This document shows, in pieces, positions 57,507 through 64,000 of a stretch of DNA of 64,000 bases; positions within the stretch are counted from its first letter, which is position 1; every line of letters begins with the position of its first letter. A program made the position numbers and the translations under genes. This stretch comes from Nitrospirota bacterium (GTDB taxonomy: Bacteria > Nitrospirota > UBA9217). The stretch is taken from contig CAWCKW010000013.1 in NCBI GenBank assembly GCA_963796285.1, positions 64,001-128,000 of the forward strand, read 5' to 3'. Below the pieces are notes generated by a model. The model had not been told where the DNA came from. It saw only the letters and a list, made by a program, of their open reading frames with translations, and ran no database searches.

Positions 57507-59432
57507 TTATTTTAAAATATAATACAACCCGAGCAGCACCACGAGACCTAGACCCATCGTGAATGCGTACTGCTGGACGAACCCGGATTGAAGCTTCTTG
57601 CCGCGCTGGCTCGTACTGCCGATGGCGGTTGCCAACCCGTTGATAAGACCATCAATGATCTTGACATCTCCCACCGTATAGAGGAACCTTGCTGTTTTGT
57701 GGACCAGTCCGTCGACGAAGAGATAGTTATAGATCTCGTCAACGTAGTATTTATTGAGAAAAAGACTGTACCCATTTTTAAACTTTTTAGCGATCCTATC
57801 GGGCCAGGCGCTTTCTGTCTTATACATGCCCATCGCCAAACGCCAACCTGCCGCCGCAATGCCGACCGACAAGAGCATTGCGAAAAGCTCGGCTGAATGG
57901 CTGCCGGTTTCTGATGCGTGTTCGGCAGGGGGAAAGAGCGGCGCGAGAAATTCTCCAAAGAGATTTCCACCGTGGATGATAGGCATGCCGATGAATCCGA
58001 TGGTGGTTGAGAAAAAGGCGAGGATCATGAGCGGCACGGTCATCACCCGGGGAGATTCATGCACATGATGCGCGACCTCGTGGTCCACGTGTGACGTGTT
58101 GTAAAAAGTAAGGTAGATCAGCCGGAACGAGTAGAATGCCGTCATAAAAGCACCGACAAGTCCGAGAAACCAGAGCGCTGGTCCGATCGAAGAGGCGTTG
58201 TAAGCGCTCCAGAGGATCTCATCCTTGCTGAAGAAACCGGCAAATGGCGGGATGCCGGACAATGCCAGAGTTCCGATAAAAAATACCGCCCACGTGATTT
58301 TTATTTTTGGCTTGAGCGCACCCATCTTGCGCATGTCCTGCTCGCCGGACAGGGCGTGGATAACGCTACCCGAGGCCAAGAACAGGAGCCCTTTAAAGAA
58401 GGCGTGAGTCGTGAGGTGAAAGATGCCGGCCGAGAACGCACCGACCCCCAGCGCCAGGAACATGTAGCCAAGCTGGCTGATCGTGGAATAGGCGATCACG
58501 CGCTTGATGTCATTCTGCACCAGGCCGATCGTCGCGGCAAAGATCGCGGTAAGAGCGCCGACGATCGCCACCGTGTTCATCGCCGTCGCGGAGAGCGAGA
58601 AGATCGGCGCGCAGCGCGCGATCATGAACACGCCCGCGGTGACCATGGTCGCGGCGTGGATCAGGGCGCTTACCGGCGTCGGGCCTTCCATGGCATCCGG
58701 CAACCAGACGTAGAGCGGCAGCTGCGCGGACTTGCCCGTTGCTCCCAGGAACAGGAGGAGCGCGATGAGGGTTATGACGCTGATCTCGCCGCCGAACAGA
58801 TGGTACGGGGCATTCCCGACGGCCGAGTGCACCGAGGCAAAGACCTCGGAGAAATCCAGGGTGCCGAAGGTAAGAAAAATGAGCAGGACGGCGAGCACAA
58901 ATCCGAAGTCACCGACGCGGTTCACGACAAAGGCCTTGATACCGGCGTCTGAAGCGGATTTTTTTTCGTACCAGAAGCCGATCAGAAGGTAGGAGCAGAG
59001 ACCGACGCCCTCCCAGCCGACGAACATGACCAGAAAGTTATTGGCCATTACCAGCACGAGCATGAAGAAGGTAAAGAGCGCCAGATAGGCGAAGAACCGG
59101 GGATATCCCTTGTCGCCGTGCATGTAGCCCACGGAGTAAATATGGATAAGCGAACTGAGCGTGGTCACGACGAGCAGCATCACCGCGGTGAGCTGGTCGA
59201 TCTGGAACCCCACGTTCACCGAGAAGGTCCCGATGGAGATCCAGGAGTAAAAGTTCTCGTTCAGGTGGACACCCGCGACCACATCGAAAAATGCGCTGAC
59301 GGACAGGATGAACGCGCCGATAACGCCGGCGATGGGGAAATATGCGGACTTCTCCTTCAGGAATTTACCAAACAATCCCGCGATAAGGAATCCGGCGAAC
59401 GGCAGCAGCGGTATCAGTGCGTAGGTGAGCAT
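57507..59432 (-). CDS. nuoL: NADH-quinone oxidoreductase subunit L
   Basis: GWEGVGLCSYLLIGFW, KSAQLPLYVWLPDAMEGPTPVSALIHAATMV. Confidence 0.96.
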   Translation of the reverse strand: MLTYALIPLLPFAGFLIAGLFGKFLKEKSAYFPIAGVIGAFILSVSAFFDVVAGVHLNENFYSWISIGTFSVNVGFQIDQLTAVMLLVVTTLSSLIHIYSVGYMHGDKGYPRFFAYLALFTFFMLVLVMANNFLVMFVGWEGVGLCSYLLIGFWYEKKSASDAGIKAFVVNRVGDFGFVLAVLLIFLTFGTLDFSEVFASVHSAVGNAPYHLFGGEISVITLIALLLFLGATGKSAQLPLYVWLPDAMEGPTPVSALIHAATMVTAGVFMIARCAPIFSLSATAMNTVAIVGALTAIFAATIGLVQNDIKRVIAYSTISQLGYMFLALGVGAFSAGIFHLTTHAFFKGLLFLASGSVIHALSGEQDMRKMGALKPKIKITWAVFFIGTLALSGIPPFAGFFSKDEILWSAYNASSIGPALWFLGLVGAFMTAFYSFRLIYLTFYNTSHVDHEVAHHVHESPRVMTVPLMILAFFSTTIGFIGMPIIHGGNLFGEFLAPLFPPAEHASETGSHSAELFAMLLSVGIAAAGWRLAMGMYKTESAWPDRIAKKFKNGYSLFLNKYYVDEIYNYLFVDGLVHKTARFLYTVGDVKIIDGLINGLATAIGSTSQRGKKLQSGFVQQYAFTMGLGLVVLLGLYYILK

Positions 59433-59559
59433 AGGTACTCCCAATAAGGAATCTGTTGAGTCTGACAAGATTATGGGGTCTAAGGAGCGTCAGGAGCCCG
59501 CAACCCTGACCGCAACTATCGAGACGCTCCGGATCCGTTTGATTCTCGGGACCCGAAGA

Positions 59560-59862
59560 TCATCCCTTCAAGATATTAAACTCATCCGCGTATACGGTCC
59601 CACGGTTCCGCGAGATCAGGATGATGATCGCAAGCGCAACTGCCGCCTCGGCCGCCGCCACGGTAATGACGAAGATCACGAACACCTGCCCCGTGAGCGA
59701 CTGCAGATAGTGCGAGAATGCCACCAGGTTGATGTTCGCCGCGTTCAGCATGAGCTCAATAGACATGAGAATTATGAATATATTTCGCCGGGAGAGCACG
59801 CCCACCACGCCGATGGTGAACAGCAGCGCGCTCAGGATCACGTACCAGGACAGGGGGATCAT
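59560..59862 (-). CDS. nuoK: NADH-quinone oxidoreductase subunit K
   Basis: RRN...[20 protein letters not shown]; ATG at 59862 after GGAGG. Confidence 0.96.
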   Translation of the reverse strand: MIPLSWYVILSALLFTIGVVGVLSRRNIFIILMSIELMLNAANINLVAFSHYLQSLTGQVFVIFVITVAAAEAAVALAIIILISRNRGTVYADEFNILKG

Positions 59863-59997
59863 AAAACCTCCAGAATCACCGTAGTCAGTAGTCAGTAGCC
59901 AGAAGTCAGAAATCAGAAGAGAGAAGAAAAAACCGGCCATACGGCAGCTACCGATTTACTCCCAGCTCTGTATTCTTGCTCCCGTCTCCTTCTCGTT

Positions 59998-60504
59998 TTA
60001 CTCCTTCACATTCTTCTTCGCCAGCATGACAGCGCCCACCAGACCTACGAGGAGGATGACGGACGCGATCTCGAATGGCACCAGATACTTCTGGTACAAT
60101 GCCATCCCCAGTTCTTTGACACCTGTGCCCGCGAGCAGCATGGGTTGACCGGTGTCTGCGGGGAACGTGCCGCGCGAGATCAACAGTACGATCTCACCTG
60201 CGATCAGTATCCCGAACCCAACCATCCAGGGCCAGAACCGGTTCGCCCGGGCGGCGGAGCTTTCCCGGTCGACATTCAGAAGCATGACCACGAAAAGGTA
60301 GAGGATCAGGATGGCGCCGGCGTATACGATGATCTGCACTGCCGCCAGGAACTCGGCATTGAGCAGAACAAAGACCCCCGCTATATGGAAGAAGAGGAGC
60401 AGCATGAACAAGATACTGTGCACCGGATTCCGGCGCGTGATCGTGAGGATTGCCGATGCCAGGATCACTATGGCAAAGTAAAGGAAAACGAACTTGTTCA
60501 TCAT
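59998..60504 (-). CDS. nuoJ: NADH-quinone oxidoreductase subunit J
   Basis: NPVHS, AEFLAAVQIIVYAGAI, PFEIAS. Confidence 0.95.
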   Translation of the reverse strand: MMNKFVFLYFAIVILASAILTITRRNPVHSILFMLLLFFHIAGVFVLLNAEFLAAVQIIVYAGAILILYLFVVMLLNVDRESSAARANRFWPWMVGFGILIAGEIVLLISRGTFPADTGQPMLLAGTGVKELGMALYQKYLVPFEIASVILLVGLVGAVMLAKKNVKE

Positions 60505-60971
60505 TGTTTTTTTACCGCCTTTTTGCCCATATAGCGATCTCCACCCTCAACGAGCCGGTTCTTGGAATAGAACGCGTCGTTCCGGGAGTAGCAGGCAAGT
60601 TCGAACTCCGGCGTCATCAGGATCGCGGACACAGGACAGGCATCGATGCAGAAGCCGCAGAACACACACCGGAGCAGGTCGAGTTCATAGGCCATCACCA
60701 GCTTCTGGTGCTCAGGACCTTCGGTCGTCACCACGGTGATGGCCTTGGACGGACAGACCGCCTCGCACAGACCGCACCCGATGCATGCTTCCTTTCCCGT
60801 TTCATCGCGACGCATGGCGTGAAGTCCGCGCGACCCCGGGATCGGCTTCCGCTTGAACGTGGGATACTGCCGGGTGACCGCCGGGGCCAGCATGGTTTTG
60901 AGCGTCAAGGCCATTCCCTGGGCGATCTCGAACAGGAATATCTTTTTGAGCAGTTTTGTTATTTTGTTCAT
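60501..60971 (-). CDS. nuoI: NADH-quinone oxidoreductase subunit I
   Basis: T.QYP, RGLH, CIGCGLCEAVCP and CVFCGFCIDACP. Confidence 0.95.
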   Translation of the reverse strand: MNKITKLLKKIFLFEIAQGMALTLKTMLAPAVTRQYPTFKRKPIPGSRGLHAMRRDETGKEACIGCGLCEAVCPSKAITVVTTEGPEHQKLVMAYELDLLRCVFCGFCIDACPVSAILMTPEFELACYSRNDAFYSKNRLVEGGDRYMGKKAVKKQ

Positions 60972-61007
60972 CGCCGTCAACTCCTCACTCCGCACTCCGA
61001 ACTGCTT

Positions 61008-62102
61008 CTAAAGCCATCCCATCTGCTTCATTCCGGCCGCCACCAGCAAGGTACCGAGCGACAGAGGAAGCAGCACCTTCCAGGAGATCGTCATAAGCTG
61101 GTCATACCGGTACCGGGGAAGCGTGGCCCGGAGCCATATGTAGAAGAATATGAAAAAGTAGAGTTTGCCGAACAGCCAGAATATCGGGGGGATGGCGGCC
61201 AGCATCCGGTTGATCCAGGCTATATGGGCGAGGTGGCCGAGCGTCTGCGGCAGGATCTGCACCGGCAGCCAGCCTCCCAGGAACATGATACTCACGAGCA
61301 GCGATACGACCATCATGTTCACATACTCCGCCATGTAGAACAACCCGAAGCGGATACCGCTGTACTCGGTGAAGTACCCGGCAACGAGTTCGCTCTCTGC
61401 TTCAGGAAGGTCAAACGGCACACGGTTCGTTTCGGCGATGCCCGCCATCAGGTAAAGGGCAAAGGCCACGGGCCCGACCGGCAACGCGACGATGAACCAC
61501 CTCTTGGACTGGGCATTCACAATGTCGGTCAGGTTCAGAGACCCGGCCATGAGCACCACGGTGATGATGGCAAAGGCCATGGGGATCTCGTAGCTGATCA
61601 TCTGCGCCGCGGAGCGGAAGCCGCCCATGAGGGAATACTTGTTGTTCGAGGCCCAGCCGGCCATGATCACGCCATACGTACCGATGCTGGCAAATGCGAT
61701 GATATAGAGAACGCCGATGTTCAGGTTGGAGATATAGAGCGGGACCTTGTGGGACAGGAGCCCGTAGAAATTCGTCGGCGGACCGAACGGCAGCACTACG
61801 ATGGCCCCGAAGGCCATGACGAACAGGATCAGGGGCGCAATGCTGAACACCCACTTGTCGGCCTTGGCGGGGATGACGTCTTCTTTCAGCAGGAACTTGA
61901 CGGCATCGGCAATGGGCTGCAGGAGTCCGTGCCATCCGGCCCGCATGGGTCCGAGCCTCGACTGCATATGCGCAAGCACCTTACGCTCCATGTAGGGTAA
62001 ATACATGATATTGGCCAGGAGGAATGCCACCAGGACCAGGGCCGGTATAAGGAAGATCACCAGCATCAGGATGCTATTCAGAACGTGATGGATATCGGGC
62101 AT
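61008..62102 (-). CDS. nuoH: NADH-quinone oxidoreductase subunit H
   Basis: ERK..AHMQSRLGP, GLLQPIADAVK, ETNRVPFDLPEAESELVAG. Confidence 0.97.
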   Translation of the reverse strand: MPDIHHVLNSILMLVIFLIPALVLVAFLLANIMYLPYMERKVLAHMQSRLGPMRAGWHGLLQPIADAVKFLLKEDVIPAKADKWVFSIAPLILFVMAFGAIVVLPFGPPTNFYGLLSHKVPLYISNLNIGVLYIIAFASIGTYGVIMAGWASNNKYSLMGGFRSAAQMISYEIPMAFAIITVVLMAGSLNLTDIVNAQSKRWFIVALPVGPVAFALYLMAGIAETNRVPFDLPEAESELVAGYFTEYSGIRFGLFYMAEYVNMMVVSLLVSIMFLGGWLPVQILPQTLGHLAHIAWINRMLAAIPPIFWLFGKLYFFIFFYIWLRATLPRYRYDQLMTISWKVLLPLSLGTLLVAAGMKQMGWL

Positions 62103-62111
62103 GGTCTGCTC

Positions 62112-64000
62112 CTATACTTCAATCTTCAAATGCCGTATGGTACCGATTTCATGCGAACGCGTAATCGTCCCGCCTGAGGAGAAAAGCAGCCTCTCGGCCG
62201 TCAGCACTTCCTGCGTCATGATCGAGTCCGAATGAAGCGAGAGATCGATGTCCGTATTCATCAGCGGGGACTTCTCGCGCGGCCAGCATGCGCCGATCGC
62301 GAGGTCCGCGTACATCGGCACAACCGCCCTGATCTCGTTCATAATATCCCGGGCCGAGGCATAGTGCATCGGGTCGCCCATCCGCTTTGCTATATCCTGA
62401 ATGATTTCCCAATCCGGCCGTGACTCTCCGATCGGCTCTTCCGCCTTGTTCAGCTGCTGGAGCCTGCGTTCCAGGTTGGTGAACGTACCGGTCTTCTCCG
62501 CGCTCGCCGCCGCCGGGAGCACCACGTCGGCGATCATCGCCGTCTCGGTCATGAAGATGTCCTGCACGACCAGGAACTCGAGCTTGTCGAGCTGCTGCTG
62601 GAGGCGCCGGTCGCTCCCGACCGGATCATCGCCCATGATATAAAGCGCCGCGAGCTTGCCCGGCGCAATGGCCTCTATCATCTCGATGGCGTTCATGCCG
62701 GGCGTTTCAGATAGGACCGCGTTCCAAGCGCTCGCAAACACGGCGGTCTGGTCAATGTCCACCGAGCGATAGCCGGGGTAATAGGCCGGGTGCATCCCCA
62801 TATCGAGCGTCCCCTGGAAGTTGCTTCGCCGTACCAGAGGATAATGCGTGACGTTCTTGAGCTGCCCTGAGAGCTCCTTGATCTGCACGAACTCCTTGTC
62901 GGTCATCCGTGCTGGGACGATGATCGCAACACTCTTGGCCGCCTTCAGAAGCTCAACAGCCTTCAATACCTCGCTCCCGCCCTTTTCGGAGGAGAGAGCG
63001 GATACCAGTCCCTCGATCGCTTTTTCTGAGCTGTCAGGAATGACCACCGAGGCGATCTTGTTGAATTTATTTTGCTCGCTGTTAACGAGTATGACCTTCC
63101 GCTCCTTCCGTGTCACGGCACGGACGATCTCAATGCCGGTAAGCGGATTGATCTCTCCCACATTTTTATCGAGAACGAGGATAACGTCGTGCTCGCTCAT
63201 CTTGTTCAATTCTCCCGAGAAAAACGCCGTATTCAGTCCTTTTGGCACTTTCAGCCTCGCGAGCATGTCCACATTGTTCGTCCCGACCACGGCGCGCATG
63301 AACTTCTGAAAAAGATAGCTATCTTCATTCGTTGTCCGGACCGAACCGAGCGCGCCGATGCTCTGAGGCCCGCGCTTGCTCTTGATCACCTTGAGCGTGG
63401 TCGCGATGACCGACAGCGCCTCGTCCCAGTTGCAATCCACGAGTTCGCCGCCGATCCGCATCTTCGGGGTCGTGATCCTCTCGCTGCTGTGAACAGCATC
63501 CCAGCCGAAACGGCCCTTGGCGCAGAGATAGTTATCCTTGGCCGGACCCACGCGCATGATCTTCCCGTCGCGTGTTTCATACTGGATCCCGCAGCCGCAG
63601 CCGCAGTAGTTGCAGACCGACTTGGTCCCCTCGAGGTTCCAGCTCCGTGCCTTGTATTTGAACTGGCGCGTGGTAAGCGCGCCCACGGGACAGATCTCGG
63701 TGCACTCGCCGCAGAACTCACAGTCGAGCGGACGGTCGAAGTCAGTGCTGATACGCGCCCTCGTTCCCCTGCGGGTAAAGGCCCACTCTCCCACGCCGTT
63801 CTGTTCATCGCAGATCCTGACACATTTTCCACAGAGAATGCAGCGGCTGATGTTGCGTTCCACGATCGGGCTCTCCAGGTCCGGCGGGAGGTACCCTTTT
63901 TCAGCGTCGAACCGGCTCGGTGCGAGACCGTATTCGTGAACAAGGTCCTGAAGCTGGCACTCGCCGGCCTTGTCGCAGACCGGGCAGTCGAGCGGGTGCT
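62112..64000 (-). CDS. nuoG: NuoG-like Fe-S/molybdopterin-fold subunit (5' part beyond window)
   Basis: Frame open to window edge: HPLDCPVCDKAGECQLQD, CILCGKCVRIC, CEFCGECTEICP, CNYCGCGC...LCAKGRFG; directly upstream of nuoH. Confidence 0.88.
   Translation of the reverse strand, partial: HPLDCPVCDKAGECQLQDLVHEYGLAPSRFDAEKGYLPPDLESPIVERNISRCILCGKCVRICDEQNGVGEWAFTRRGTRARISTDFDRPLDCEFCGECTEICPVGALTTRQFKYKARSWNLEGTKSVCNYCGCGCGIQYETRDGKIMRVGPAKDNYLCAKGRFGWDAVHSSERITTPKMRIGGELVDCNWDEALSVIATTLKVIKSKRGPQSIGALGSVRTTNEDSYLFQKFMRAVVGTNNVDMLARLKVPKGLNTAFFSGELNKMSEHDVILVLDKNVGEINPLTGIEIVRAVTRKERKVILVNSEQNKFNKIASVVIPDSSEKAIEGLVSALSSEKGGSEVLKAVELLKAAKSVAIIVPARMTDKEFVQIKELSGQLKNVTHYPLVRRSNFQGTLDMGMHPAYYPGYRSVDIDQTAVFASAWNAVLSETPGMNAIEMIEAIAPGKLAALYIMGDDPVGSDRRLQQQLDKLEFLVVQDIFMTETAMIADVVLPAAASAEKTGTFTNLERRLQQLNKAEEPIGESRPDWEIIQDIAKRMGDPMHYASARDIMNEIRAVVPMYADLAIGACWPREKSPLMNTDIDLSLHSDSIMTQEVLTAERLLFSSGGTITRSHEIGTIRHLKIEV

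Noticed and set aside
60450-62000. Long + strand ORF (516 aa) and similar long antisense ORFs (e.g., 46293-47339, 42282-43235, 25053-25949)
   Set aside because: Antisense shadows of GC3-rich genuine genes, with no recognisable motifs.

Overview
Bacterial chromosome segment (~55% GC coding), most likely from a sulfur-cycling Nitrospirota-like anaerobe (inference from gene content and 16S). From left to right: (1) a minus-strand dsr operon, dsrA-dsrB-dsrD-dsrN-orf-dsrC-fdx-dsrH-dsrE-dsrF-like; (2) osmC-like, cysE, DUF4124, ispF, ispD, mglA-like and a LonC-type protease; (3) a small accessory island with an NHL-repeat surface lipoprotein, an IS200 tnpA element and a PilZ-REC gene; (4) ABC transporter genes, secG-tpiA-pgk-gap, DUF1015 and a LOG-family gene; (5) a complete rRNA operon (16S, tRNA-Ile, tRNA-Ala, 23S, 5S); (6) tyrS, cbiX, an unannotated 21-aa Cys/Lys peptide and ribF; (7) scpA-[HEAT repeat]-scpB-MinD/FlhG-like ATPase-[J-like/HTH]; (8) cusCBA with a Met-rich periplasmic protein, a helical-repeat protein, pal-cpoB, nitroreductase and ywiC-like; (9) nuoG(partial)-H-I-J-K-L-M-N. 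Seven apparent single-base insertions break dsrA, dsrB, lonC, the NHL gene (twice), ywiC and nuoM; these are probably read or assembly errors. The strongest novelty candidates are a 37-aa-period HEAT protein placed between the SMC kleisin scpA and scpB, a pervasive family of intergenic inverted elements built from degenerate 7-9-mer tandem units, the micropeptide, and several unrecognised structured leader RNAs. All calls come from reading the sequence; no database searches were run.
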